A stretch of 64,000 nt of DNA from Octopus bimaculoides (lineage: Eukaryota): the NCBI RefSeq assembly GCF_001194135.2, contig NC_068989.1, positions 93,791,311 through 93,855,310 of the forward strand, read 5' to 3'. This document shows positions 37,805 to 51,842 of the stretch, one piece after another. The first letter of the stretch is position 1. Each line of letters opens with the position of its first letter. The position numbers and the translations under genes were made by a program. The notes under the pieces were generated by a model. It did not search any database. It had not been told where the DNA came from and worked only from the letters and a program-made list of their open reading frames with translations.

Positions 37805-38778
37805 GGAGCCTTGGATGTAGGTTAGAAATCAGCTCGTTCTCTATTAGCAAGAAATCTTGAAATAAAAATAAATAATCACTTACATAGATACATACATAGA
37901 CACATACATACATACATACATACATACATACACACATATATACACAATCACACACATACCCTCAGACACACCTCAACTTAGCTCCCATTCTATATTTCAT
38001 TCTTAAATATTTTTTCATTAAGCATCTTATTCTAAATTTTCATTGTACAGGGTTTAAAAACCACTTTACCATCAAAACAATTTATGTGTGTGTGTGTGAG
38101 TGTGTGTATGTGTGTGTGTATGTGTGTGTGTATGTGTGTGTATGTGTATGGATATACTTATATATAGTTGATATGTTTCTCAATAAATATTAAAAAAAAC
38201 AACAAATTATATCTAAATTTTTATTCGCTAGACAACGGATAATACATCGGTGCACATATAATAAATATCTGTAAAATAGTGTTTATATTGTAAATCGAGA
38301 AACAAGTATTTAAACTCTATTAACACAGAGTAGAATATTTGTGCCTAGAGTAAATTTGTTTTTCGTTTTAACTGCTGCCATGTTTAAAACCTAAACACAA
38401 ACATTTATAGGCGTATGAGGTGTGGTGGTGTATGTGGTATTAGTTAGAGAATAAATAATTTAATAGTCAAGAATTGGAGAGATTTCCATTGAAGTAAATA
38501 TAAATTTATGCTAGGCTTATCTTCAGGAAGTTGGAGTCATGCATTCTTCATGAAATTAAAAAGCGGAAGCTTCGAAGTCCCTATCACCTTGCTTCTTTTA
38601 ACAGAGTAGTACACACATACTTCCCACCACTACCACCACACATATATTACTGCTGTTTTTAGGTTCCAATTTTACGCTGATCTGATGGGTTAATCTACAT
38701 ACTTTTGTAGAGTACAAATTTGTTACTTAAATACAGGAGAAACAGTCAAATCATTGATAGAGATGTTGCTCGTCTGGT

Positions 38779-38945
38779 TTATATTTTCCCCCTTTTCAGA
38801 ACCATATAACAACAGTTATCCTCACCAAACTCCAACCCTACATCCTTTGAGAATTTTGTAATTAGATCAAGGCTCTTTTTCATCTCATGCATATTCTTTG
38901 CATAGAGCTGTAAGTCATCCACAAAGAAACTGTGTAATTTTGGTA
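38779..38945 (-). mobile_element. Reverse transcriptase fragment, R4/Dong-like RLE clade
   Basis: LHSFFVDDLQLYAKNMHEMKKSLDLITKFSKDVGLEFGEDNCCYMVLKRGK matches the (F/Y)xDDLKLYA..FSxDIGMxFGxDKC motif. Confidence 0.85.
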
Positions 38946-39236
38946 TTTCTTTCTTTGTGAACCAGTGAGATATCACTCAGACTTCTTTATGCATGAATGT
39001 ATGTATGTATGTATTTATGTACGTATGTATATGTGTGTGTGTATTCGTGTGTGTGCTTTGTGTATGTATGTGTATTTTGTGTGTGTATGCGTGGATGTGA
39101 GCGTGTGTATGCGTGCATATGCGTCTGTGTGCGTGCGTGTGTGTGTGTGTGTGTGTTTGGGTATGTGTGTGTCTGTGTGTTTGGTTGTTCCCCACCACCG
39201 TCTCACCTCACGTAGCCGCAGTCTCGTGACTGAAAT

Positions 39237-39580
39237 AATGGCTGTGTGGTAAGAAGCTTGCTTCCCAACCACAGGCCTCCGAGTTCAGTCCCACTGCGTG
39301 GCAACCTGGTCTTGCATCCTGTACAATAGCCGCAGGCCGACTAAAGCCTTGTGAATCGATGTGGGAGACGGAAACTGAAAGAAGCCTGTAGTATAAATAT
39401 ATATGTATATATATTTATGTGTGTGTCTTTGTGTCTGTGTTTGACCCTCCAGCATCGATCTATAAAACTGATGTTGGTGTGTTTATGTCCCCATAACTTA
39501 ATGGCTCTGCAAAATAGACCAATAGCATAGGTACTAGACTTACAAAGAATAAACACTAGGGTCAATGCCTTTGACTAAGA
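39237..39580 (+). mobile_element. SINE family A, tail lost at the gap
   Basis: tggctgtgtggtaagaagcttgcttcccaaccac...gagttcagtcccactgcgtggca...gaaactgaaagaagcc. Confidence 0.9.
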
Positions 39581-39599
39581 TTATATATANNNNNNNNNN

Positions 39600-39630
<31 letters not shown>

Positions 39631-40817
39631 GTACATATATGTATGTATGCATGAATGCATGTATGTACATATGTATCTATCTATCTATATAAATATATAC
39701 ATATACATAGATATAGATAGATAGATAGATTTTTATCTATACAGACATACACACATACAGGATACATAAATATATATATATATTTATGTATCATATTTGA
39801 TTATGAATATATATAGATTGGTGAAGCATGAATCCCCCTAGAAATATAGAAAACAAACAAAGGTTAAATAGGTAAATATAGTGTAAAGTGGTAAATTGTA
39901 GACCAATAATTTATACTTAACTCGAATGCTTTCCTCAGAGATTAGATTTAAGTAGTTATGTGGAATATTTTCCCTAGTGAAATCTTAAAGATTCTTGGGA
40001 CGAACAATTCATTTCATGATGTACTAAGAAAATTGTAAATATCTTCTCAACAGGTAAGTTTTAGCCTTCCCCAGTGATACTATTAAATTTTGTGTTATAT
40101 GAATTTAGTATAATAATTGTGTCCAGTTACTGATTGGCAGAGACCTTTTGCCAGGTTTTTGAACTATATATAACAAATAAAAGATGCAACACATGCAAAG
40201 GTGCAAAGGTGATGAGGCAACACGCTGAGCCGACAGGGAATATATAGGGACATATGAAGTCTATGTTTAAACATTTTAAAAACTTTCGACCTCGTTGTAT
40301 ACGTTGGTCGGTTTATTTTTGGCTGTACCCATGAACCTCATTCTTTAGCAGGAAATAAATTTGCGAAATATTTCTGTCGGAAATAATGAAGATCGAAAAC
40401 TCAAACGTATTCAAAATAATCCTTTTATTCCTCACTCACTACCTTCCTCTCTCTCTCTCTTCCTCTCCCTCTGACAAACATATATGTATATGCATATGAA
40501 TTTAAAAATATATAAATACACACACACACACACAGATCCAGACATACGTACATACGTAATACATACATACATACATACATATTAATTAAATATTGATTAC
40601 CATGTTAATTTTGTGGTATCACTAATTTTTGTGGTGGAGGCTTCTTGGAATATTCATATGGATATGATCTGGGATTATTAACAATTAACTGAGCTAATCA
40701 CTCTTCTATAAATGGAGAAAAAGTGTATGAAATGAACATAATTGTTGTCTTTCGTTCAGACGGCAGTCGACAGAAATAGGTGGTTCAGCTGAATTTCAGC
40801 TAGATAGAATGTAAGCT

Positions 40818-41006
40818 TGCACATTACCAGGATGGCGACAAAGTGAAAACTGGCTGGATGGATCCTGGGAACATTCAGAACCAGAGATAAGGAAGCCATG
40901 ATGGTCCTCTGGAGGATATTCGTCCTCAGCCGCCTGCATTACTGCTCCCAGCTATGGTCACCCAACAGTGTAAAATTAACAGCGAACCTTAAATCAGTCC
41001 AGCGAA
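40818..41006 (+). mobile_element. CR1/L2-clade LINE fragment (region just after the RT domain)
   Basis: LAGWILGTFRTRDKEAMMVLWRIFVLSRLHYCSQLWSPNSVKLTANLKSVQR matches the LxxxLVxSRLDYCSxxWSP..LExVQR motif. Confidence 0.85.
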
Positions 41007-43507
41007 TGCCTTTTGCATTTTGGAATCAGAAGCTTCACGTGAAATATAGCATTGTCGGGTGGGTTGCCGTCGATTTTCTCTCAAACTTACCATCTACCAT
41101 TCTTTTCAAATACAAAGTTTATGCAACTCCAACTCTCTCATCTCTACTTTAAAAGCACACGCCCAAGCAAATGTAAAATGGTCACCTTCATTACTAGCGT
41201 AATCTACAAACCCTAAGACTCTCTGATACCACACATGAACGACCTCTATAAAAGGAGGCCTTCAAATCATCTTTCTTTGTGAACATACCAATCAGGCCCC
41301 TTTAATGAGCACAAAGTCACAATAACAAGACGTATCAAGTAGACATGCCGTTGCTTCACAATTTCTGTACATAAAAAAAACAACATATACAGCTAAATAC
41401 ATTGACATTGTTACTTATGCTAAGTGTTACCTTAGCATTTGTATGTCAAAAAACCTCATATATAGATCATTGTGCAAGTGTCATCCGAAAATGTGGAATT
41501 CTTCTCTAAAATTATTTTAGTTTCTTAGAGTTTCTGGTTCAAAACCTCAAGAGACACCCACACTGCAATATTACCAATAAGCTCTGCTTTCTCTCGTCTC
41601 TCAGTGAATTGTTCCACACGTGTTACATGTGAATAAATGTAATTCGTATGCGTACAAGAAGTTATTGTGCACACGAAATCATATTTACTTAATATTCTAA
41701 TTATTAGTTAATCGTATTATTTAATTACATACTTTTGTTATGAGAAAAGCATCGCCTAATATGATATTTTCAGTACCCTGTGCTTAAAACTAACCTGAAC
41801 ATATTTAAGGAAAATACATGAAATTAGTAATATGTCTACGACGGATCTGAGAGAAAACTATCCGATTAATAGAAATAAATTTACTCACATGATATTATTC
41901 ATTCGAGACATTAATACCGTTGCTAAGATACATTTTGTTCTACAGAACAAATTAATTACTCATTCCAGCCTCCTCATCGAACACATCCGTGCTTTGCCAA
42001 ACAGAACCTGAAAGCTTGTTGTGATCTTCTGAATGTTTTTGACTATTAAAACACATTTACATAGAACAAGATGCAAGAGCTTAATCACGTGGATCACGTG
42101 TCTACTGAATAAAAATTTAAAATATCCAATTTATAGAATTCCAACAAAATTTGGTAAAGAACTTAGATCACCGAAACTTCCAGTTGGGAAATAAATCTCC
42201 AATGCTACCAAAAAGATCTGTTATTATGTCCAGAGAAAATAACTTGTGACAATGCCGTATAGATAAACGGAATTAAAAAGACAAACTTAATATTCTAGAA
42301 ATCCCTCTTAATCTCGCAATAACTCATTTTGATATTATCGCCATGTTTTGACATTAACTATCCATCTTTTAAGTGGGTTCACACCTCTAGGAATGAATCA
42401 TTAATATTTGATATTTCTGATGCTAATCTACTAACAAAGTGTCGTTCTGAGGAGTGCGATAGGTTTGTAACGATGCTTAAGGCCATTAGCAACAAGAAGC
42501 TTGACGTCAGCCTGACGTGAGATATACTATCAGTATTAGAAGCTCTATTGATTTTTGAGTATTGTAAATATGTGCGACGAAGTTATATTTATCTAATTTT
42601 GACGTTGTTCATACTTTAAACTGTTCAATCATTAGTCCTTTCTCCATTTCACTGGAGGGAAATGTTGATATTTTGCTGAAATTTTAGAATACAATATATG
42701 TTTTCAATCTTTTTAGTTACGAGAGTAAGGCATTAATCATCGGCTACGTACGTATATGTTGTATTGGCGGGAAATTTACTTCGATACAGTTCTCTCTCTT
42801 GAGACAATTTCGTTGGTCTGGCTGTAAAAGCAGAGTTCGCTTACTGCTTCTGGATCAACTAATGGCTTATGGTATAGGAAAAATATAATATTCAGTGTGT
42901 TCACAAGGCAGATTGCACATCTAAACATGAAGGCAAAACACCACACACCAAGAAGATGGACACTCGGACACAATTTTTGCTGATGTCAAAAATGAGCGAT
43001 TACATAACATAGTTGTTTTGATCAGAACATTAACGATTGAACATGTAACAACAAGCAAATTAGTCACAGTGTTGCATATTGTATCATCTTTAACAGACAT
43101 GGACGCAGCTGGCGTAATAACATCTAAATAGACGTTTCAAGTTTGAACCTGCACATTGATGCGCGCGCAGTTAATTTCTTGCTAACAGAAAAATCGATAG
43201 GGGCAAAAATGATTCTTGTATTGCATTTAAAATTCATTTGAAGAAAATAGCTTACTTCATTTAGGCCTTGTCTGTCGTTTATTAGTTTATTCTGCCGTAA
43301 TTGTACGTACAAACGAAGTTATTTGTTTTATATATAAACACATTTGTTTATATTTTGGATGTGACAACATGTTTGCCTATAACGTAATCTGCAAGGAATG
43401 TAGACTTGCTGCTACTGAAGAACATGATAACATTTCGGTGTAACTCATTAAGAATATACAATTATGTCTATATCTCTGCGACGACCCTGTTGCAGCAGAT
43501 AAATTTC

Positions 43508-43634
43508 AAAGGGGATTTAGATATAAGGCACCGGATTTAGGTATAAGGCACCCCATCTAAAGGGGATTTAGATATAAGGCACCCCATCTAAAGGGGATTT
43601 AGATATAAGGCACCGAATTTAAATATAAGGCACC
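43508..43634. repeat. Short minisatellite, five TATAAGGCACC cores spaced 20-31-31-20 bp
   Basis: Cores at 43522, 43542, 43573, 43604 and 43624. Confidence 0.92.
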
Positions 43635-43699
43635 AGTGAAAATATATGTTGAAACCCATTATTAAATCTAGGAGTACATTCCCTTTTCCTTAAAAGATT

Positions 43700-44027
43700 A
43701 AGAAGGCAAATTTGGTTGATATTCCATGTAGATCGAATAAATACCCAGAGATCTCGTTTGGGATTGATACCATTTCGTATTTTACTTGGAAAGACTTGAA
43801 AGTTAACGTAAGATCGTAATCATGTAAAGAAAGTAAATATAACAAATAATCCAGAATTCTTTTCCGGTACCGGATCGATCCCAAAATCTAATGAGTTCGT
43901 GCCAATCAGGAGGCCAAGCACCCCTGAAAGTTTCATCCGAATCCATTCATATTGAGATATGTTGTCCACGTACAAACAAACAAACGACTGAAAACAATAC
44001 CTCCGCCTTCGTTAAGGCGTGGGTAAC
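43700..44027 (+). mobile_element. Helentron-associated / DINE-1-like non-autonomous element, 3' part
   Basis: ccggatcgatcccaaaatctaatgagttc...aagtttcatccgaatcc...(caaa)n gactgaaaacaatacctcc followed by a 12-bp hairpin tacctccgcctt-cgtt-aaggcgtgggta (43998-44025). The 5' boundary is uncertain. Confidence 0.55.
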
Positions 44028-44829
44028 AAGAAAACAAATAGAGGATAAAGAATAAAATGTGTTGGATATTTGCGTTATTTCTAATACACAAGGCGTGATC
44101 CAAGCTCTCTGTTTATCATCTATTATGTCATTTATTATCTTGAGTACTTACTTTATTCGGTAAACATCAGCCGGATCTGTGACGTCAAACTTTTAATTGT
44201 ATATATTATTTCAGACTACATCCGACAACATTCATTTTCTTCCGCCAAAACGCTTGTTATTTTCCTGTGCATTTCTTATATATGACTTACTGATTCGGAA
44301 CTGAAAAGAAGTTTTTATGTTTGATGCATAATATATGTAACCTATTACATTCTCCATCTTGAAACGTTATAGGATGCTTACTTTTGTATCTTTAATGTAG
44401 AACATAATGCTGTACACCACCAGAAATGTTTTGATAAATAAGTGAAAGAACGTATATTCAAGAAGTTTGAGTATGACTAGGAGCAAAAATACGTATTGGA
44501 GGCTATTACATAGGGTTATAAAGAATGATTGATGAATGTGAATCATTTCGTGGCTGCAGGAAATGAACATCGAGCTGCAGATGAAAAATTTCAATTTAAA
44601 ATCACGTACTTGGTAAATATCATTGTCACATTTTACGATTGTTTCTATGTGTGTAAAATAAATTCGTGTAAATTGCAAGTTGTATATACAGGCACATAAA
44701 ATCTGCTACACATAGAGCAAAAACACCGCACACATTTATATAGATGAATATACATGTATATACACAAACAAGTATGCAGATATATACATACTCATATATC
44801 TGTGTTTGTATACACACACACACACACAC

Positions 44830-44868
<39 letters not shown>

Positions 44869-45049
44869 TAAACGCATACATATGTATGTCCCTCTATATA
44901 CCTATGAAAATGTACATTATATATATTGAAGTATACAAATATAACCGTATATAATAGTATATATATTTAAATAGGTTTGCAATACATGTATATATATTAC
45001 ATATATACTTATTACAATACATACATACATGCATCCATAATATATATAA

Positions 45050-45107
<58 letters not shown>

Positions 45108-46112
45108 GCGCGTGTGTGTGTGTGTGCGTGTGTGTGTTTGTGTATGTATGTGTAGACACGCACGTATATACATACCGATAATTTATCATTTGTTAACATA
45201 AGACCAATTCGTATATGTAAGCGCTGCTTCTCTCTTCCCTTTTTCCCCTCATATATTATGATGGTATTTTGATGAATTAGCATCGGTCAAAATGTCAAGT
45301 ATACTTAGATCATTTACTGTAGAATTTCAAGAAAATATTACTTTTTTTCTCTAATACCAAAATAGAATCAGTAACACTAATTTGAATAACTTGAAGCATG
45401 TTTATATTGAAACTTTTATAGCTTCTATATATCTGTATTTGTTTTGTTTTGTTCATTATACTTTGGAATTTGTGAGATATAGCATCGATGGTTACAGGTA
45501 TCCAATGATATAATCAGTGACTTACTGAGTACAAGATGGTGCCAGTTAAAGTTGTTCGCCAGTAACTAGATAGATCTCACTGAGTTTGTTTTCAAAATGT
45601 ATTTTTTGTGGATATATAAACTTCAATATATGCATCAATGAGTGATGCTCTCTTTCTTTTTTTCTCTCTCTCTCTCCCTTATACGCACACGTTCTCATTC
45701 ATATATACATATCATTTCAGTTGGTGGTTCTGTTCGAACAAGGAGTAAACGCAAATATAGTGTTCTGTATACGAAGCAGAGGATATGTAAATTTATTTAT
45801 TAAGTGACACTTAAGAGGGTCAGTGGTATCACATTCCTTCCTAATTACTCTTATAAATTTGGCTGTGCTTCCATCGAACAAATCCTGTTAATGTAAAGAT
45901 TGTTTACCAACATAACATGTTGCTGTAATTTAGCCCCAGGAGACATCGTCTCCAGCTGGCTATACGACACGATCTGCGTCCTTTCATGCTGGCAAATAAT
46001 CTTTACTCCAAAATACTGTTGCTGAATATCTCTCACTGTGAGATTTATAATAGCAATTTTCTAAATCCTGTTAATGTTCTGAACACACCACACGCACACG
46101 CACCGCGCGCGC

Positions 46113-46266
<154 letters not shown>

Positions 46267-47109
46267 ATGTACATGTATATATATATATATTGGGGTATGT
46301 GCATAGAAATTTTTCAGAGTTTCTATTTTCCAAATTTTACGCATAAAGCGATTGGTTAATTTGAAAATATGGAAGAAGGTAGTTGTCCTTACCCATCAGC
46401 TGTTTCGCGGCCCGCTATTTAGTTTATAGCGAAATAAGGAAAACCATTTTTCTGCGGAGACACACTGTAACAGAACAAGTTTGAAGATTCATACTGGTGA
46501 AACACAAAAGTTCAAAAGTCTTGCCGCAGATAAACCATGGTAGCCGACTTATGTGTTAACATTTAGAATATAAGAGCTTGTTTACGAGAAAGTCAGTAAC
46601 AGGTTATTGAATTCAGCATTATGGAACTACGTAAATGGATAAAAATATACAGTTTTACTATTATAGTCTCCTGTTTAAAAGCGTAATTACTGCAATTTAT
46701 TAGATTTAGTAAGTATTATCGCAAATAAATTCCGTCAGGAGGGAGTAACACACTTCAGTTGGAGTCTATTGCGAAGTGAGTTTGTTTTACACAAAATGAA
46801 TCCTAATTGTATTACGAAATATGGTTTAAAAATTAACATTAAAATACGTTGTATGTTTTGAGAGTGTTCGTGAACATATAATAACAAATATATATTTTCA
46901 TATGGAGTTGACATTATAAATTGAGTTTATTTGGCAATTATCTTTCAGTCTTGACATCGTTCCTTATGGGAATCTGTATTGGGAAATGTAATTACTGCGT
47001 TACTGATATTTTCTGTCTACTTAGTATAGCAACTAACAGATATATATTTCTTGAAATTAAATTTTATACATACATATGTGTGTGTTTGTGTGTGTGTGTC
47101 TGTGTGTGT

Positions 47110-47146
<37 letters not shown>

Positions 47147-47724
47147 CATATCTATATAAACAATAGTGAAACAGGAGAAATAGTTGTTTGCTTGAGAGTA
47201 ACATTGTTGATGTATATGTATATACAATTTTCCATGTCTATATAAACAGATCCATTCAGTTTACAAACAATTTCCAACAAGCTTTTATATAAATTTAGAA
47301 AACAAGAAACGCTTTGGGACATACTCCAAGGAAAGTAGTAAACGTTAATTATATAAAACAAATATTTCAGTTATTAAAAAACGGGTGGGTTTTGTTATAA
47401 ACACCAAAAAACAATGAAGAGATAAATTGCTGGCATTCTCTGACTGCCTTAATTTTTTTCTCATGTTGCCTTCGTGACAGAAGCATGTAACAGGTGGTAA
47501 CATCCTTTAAAAAAAGAAAGAATAACAAAAAAATCTAAGAATTTTTTCCTCTATTATTGCAGAAAATACATAACAAAATATGGCAACATGGGAGACTAAC
47601 TCAAATACAAATGGGCGGAAACAGGCTTGTTTCTCAATCGCATAGTTCTGCATTTAAACTTACTTTTGAGTCGGCTACTTCCCAGTGAATATTTCAAAGA
47701 AACTCCAAAATTATTATTCATTTC

Positions 47725-47731
47725 TATCTAA

Positions 47732-47789
<58 letters not shown>

Positions 47790-47800
47790 GTCTATCTATC
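47725..47800. repeat. (CTAT)n microsatellite
   Basis: Direct reading. Confidence 0.95.
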
Positions 47801-47889
47801 CATTTATATATCTGTCTCGCTCTCTGTCTGTCTTTGTATGTATCTAACTGTATAATCATATCTATCCACGTTTGTACATATATATATAT

Positions 47890-48597
47890 NNNNNNNNNNN
47901 NNNNNNNNNNNNNNNNNNNNNNNNNNNNNNNNNNNNNNNNNNNNNNNNNNNNNNNNNNNNNNNNNNNNNNNNNNNNNNNNNNNNNNNNNNNNNNNNNNNN
48001 NNNNNNNNNNNNNNNNNNNNNNNNNNNNNNNNNNNNNNNNNNNNNNNNNNNNNNNNNNNNNNNNNNNNNNNNNNNNNNNNNNNNNNNNNNNNNNNNNNNN
48101 NNNNNNNNNNNNNNNNNNNNNNNNNNNNNNNNNNNNNNNNNNNNNNNNNNNNNNNNNNNNNNNNNNNNNNNNNNNNNNNNNNNNNNNNNNNNNNNNNNNN
48201 NNNNNNNNNNNNNNNNNNNNNNNNNNNNNNNNNNNNNNNNNNNNNNNNNNNNNNNNNNNNNNNNNNNNNNNNNNNNNNNNNNNNNNNNNNNNNNNNNNNN
48301 NNNNNNNNNNNNNNNNNNNNNNNNNNNNNNNNNNNNNNNNNNNNNNNNNNNNNNNNNNNNNNNNNNNNNNNNNNNNNNNNNNNNNNNNNNNNNNNNNNNN
48401 NNNNNNNNNNNNNNNNNNNNNNNNNNNNNNNNNNNNNNNNNNNNNNNNNNNNNNNNNNNNNNNNNNNNNNNNNNNNNNNNNNNNNNNNNNNNNNNNNNNN
48501 NNNNNNNNNNNNNNNNNNNNNNNNNNNNNNNNNNNNNNNNNNNNNNNNNNNNNNNNNNNNNNNNNNNNNNNNNNNNNNNNNNNNNNNNNNNNNNNNN
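47890..48597. other. Assembly gap in (TA)n
   Basis: N run. Confidence 0.99.
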
Positions 48598-48607
48598 TAT
48601 GTACACA

Positions 48608-48691
<84 letters not shown>

Positions 48692-49331
48692 GCACGCATA
48701 CACACACGCATACATTTTTCATACATATGTATATGCGTGTGGTATGTGTAATTATATAATACCGTGATTGTATATAGAAGTGTTATGTATCAGTCTTTTG
48801 AAATTCAAGACTTGTTAGCTGCAGTCGGGAAGATAACTTTAATATAGTAAATCTACTTCATTATATTCAGAAAAACTGAACAACTAAAGTCCCAAGAATT
48901 TTTCCTTAACTTTTTACTGATAGTAATTCCGCGTTTAGTTTTAGAATTGTTTATATTAATAGGAAGTTGTAGCTTCCTTGTAGTGATAAAATTGTTGTAT
49001 AAGTAGTAAGACAGCATTACCACGAAACTATGCATAATCTAATATCGGTTATATGCCACGGATTGTATAGTCAATTAACTCGATTAAAGTAGATGCCATT
49101 TCCGACTAGAGCAATAATAATTCTTTGTATTTTGATAATGGTGATCTCTGAGGAATTTTGAACTCAGGATATAGGACAAAGCTAAACATTATTTCGATTA
49201 TACTGAAGTGGTAAAAATATGCTTATACTGACAAATAGAAAATTTTATGTTGTTATTCCGTGACGTAAATGAAATATAATGAAATTCACTTTATAATAAA
49301 ATAAGAAACAGTTAATATTGGAACGGTTTGC

Positions 49332-49540
49332 AAGGCGGGGCGAGCTGGCAGAAATGTTAGCACGCCGGGCAAGATGTTTAGCGGCATTTCGTTCGTCTTT
49401 GTGTTCTGAGTTCAGATGAGGTTGATTTTTGTCATTCATGCTTTCGTAGTCGTTAAAATAAGTACCAGCCGAGTACTGGAATCGATTCAGTTGGCATGTC
49501 ACCTCTCTCAAAATTGCTGGCTTTGAGCCAAAATTTGATG
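49332..49540 (+). mobile_element. SINE family B
   Basis: ggcgagctggcagaaatgttagcacgccgggc...ctgagttcaga...taaaataagtaccagc. Confidence 0.88.
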
Positions 49541-51280
49541 ACTATATTAGAACTGTTCAGAAAGACACATACACAATGTTCTGGCGAAATTTGACGGTTT
49601 GTTTGATGTTTCCCAATTTTCAGCTTGATGTAGTGGGTGAACATTCAACGGCGTTGGAGAGCATACAGTTTAAAGAGAAACAATTAACTGATATTTGTAT
49701 TAACTTAGATGAAATCTTTGCAAAGCTTTCTGGATAATTCCACCATATGAAATATGTTCTGGTAAAGTCTTTCAGCAGGTGAGATCACTACTATGGAAAC
49801 TAAATTTGAGCATTCAGAAGACAATTCTATGCGTTTCAAGAATACCCATGCGCCTTACTTTATCAGATAAGATAAGGTTTCATCATACATATAGCGTATG
49901 AAATATAAGTTGAAGACGTTATATGCAAATGGCTTGAAGATAGTTATCGATAATCATTTATTAAACTACATCGCTGTGTTTAGTCATTTTTTTTATTATT
50001 TCCGAAAGCTACCATATCTTAGAACGCTTCTCATATGAGATTGGAATAAAATCCCAGCTTTGAATAAATCTGGCTGGACGTTATGAACTACAGTTTCATC
50101 TTAATCATCTTAACAATGCGTACAGCTGAAGTGGAATGCATAATAAAATTTGCATCAGGTTACAGAGACTATACTGTTAACCTTATTGCTTTCGCACAGG
50201 TAACGGTGATGGGGATGGTGTATTTTATTGACTAAAATCCGAGAGACATAAATTAATCCATAGGATAGCTAGTAAGAAGACCCGATCGGTTCAATGTTGA
50301 TGATTATGTGGGACCTAAACTTTCAATGCCAGAATTTGTGAGTAACCAAATGATAGGCTCTTCTTATATAAGTTTATTACTTGTTTCGGGACAAATCCAA
50401 GCAGGCTACGTACTATCGATTGAACCAGCATGTTACTGGTACTAGGTTAGAAGGAGGAATAAGAAAAGCAACATCGGTATGGTAGATTTGATCATTGATC
50501 AATCAGAAATTGATGTAAAATGCGATGAATAATTTAGTCTGAACGTAGGCGTTCCTTAACAATGATTAAACATCACGTAATCATCAATAGCGAACCAGTA
50601 TTGAGCGATATCAGTAAAGAAACGGTTATGTAACTCATAATAATTGCAGTCGAAAGCAATCTGAACTTATTGAATGATTTTCTTTTTTTTTTTTACAAAA
50701 GATTACGTTATTAAATAAATGCAACGAAAAATAAATGATAAAGGAAATTGAGATTCTAAATAAAGCTGAGAGTTCGTGCTTCTTTCACTATTAAAGATTT
50801 CTAATGATAACGATCACCAAGTGGGTGTTTTCATATAATATGCGTTAACACCGAATTGGCACGAAGATCCTCTAATGTTCTCAGACGTTCTTACCATTTT
50901 CAGTAAATCATTATTCTGTAAAATAAAATCCATCCATGTTTCGCTTTCGTAATAAGAATTAGAAATTCTCAAAATTTTGACGAAACTGCTTTATTTACTT
51001 CATGGTTTTATTAATACTCATATAACCACATTCATCAGAAGGTCAGGGTAAGAGTAAAAGAAGATTTGTTAACACAACAAGGATACTTCACTTCTTCAAG
51101 TATTAGATATCCATCAGTTTTAAGACAATCCATCCATTTATTTTCCACTCCCTATTCGTGGGATGTTCGTGGTGGTTGAAGCATCAAATACCTAATCGAT
51201 ACAATTCTATCAGAAGCAAACATTATTAAACTTTCCGGCTCGATTTCCAAGTGTTACCAACTGAGAATATGCATGTTATA

Positions 51281-51470
51281 CAAGCATCCAGTTCTTGGTC
51301 TACCCCGAGATCTCCTGCCGGCTGAACCGACTTACAAATTCCTCTTGCGACAATCACTCTATAATACCGCAGCTGAGACCGCTCAATGAGGAGAAGCAGT
51401 GCCTCAACCCGGGGGAAGACCCCGATTTCTGAGATCCGTTCTGTGTTACGAGTCCACTACAAATAACAGC
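51281..51470 (-). mobile_element. RTE-clade LINE 3' coding fragment
   Basis: Minus translation ..RVEALLLLIERSQLRYY..[frameshift]..SAGRRSRGRPRTG resembles the RTE/Rex3 VEPLLLxIERSQLRW..GRRPRGRPRTRW motif. Confidence 0.7.
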
Positions 51471-51842
51471 ATCGTGTCTAGCATGAATGAGGTCACCAAA
51501 AGCTGCAATATGAAAACGGTTTTAAAATAAACACCTAGTAAATGTGTGCTTTTAGTGGGTAGCACACGGTGTGGAATTTTCGGGGATGCATTAGGCGCTG
51601 ATTTTTTTTCTCTGATTTAACATATAAAACCTCAAACATAAACACAAAGAAACCAGGAGTGCAGTTATTAATTTTGCTTGGTTTTATTCTTTTCCACTTT
51701 GCCAGTTGTGTTTTCATTAACAGGCATATGACATTTGCACCACTGATTTAAATCAGATACGACTTACAATCTAATATATTATGATTCGGTCTGGTGTGAG
51801 ATTATGCTATACTTTTTGCTATATATTTCTTGGTCGTTTATA

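Noticed and set aside
46380-46430. Minus-strand gcgggccgc-GAAA-cagctga resembling a hammerhead
   Set aside because: The upstream core reads CTAAATAG (3 mismatches) and the U16.1 position is A.
46470-46530. KIHTGET, like a C2H2 zinc-finger linker
   Set aside because: No CxxC or HxxxH spacing nearby.
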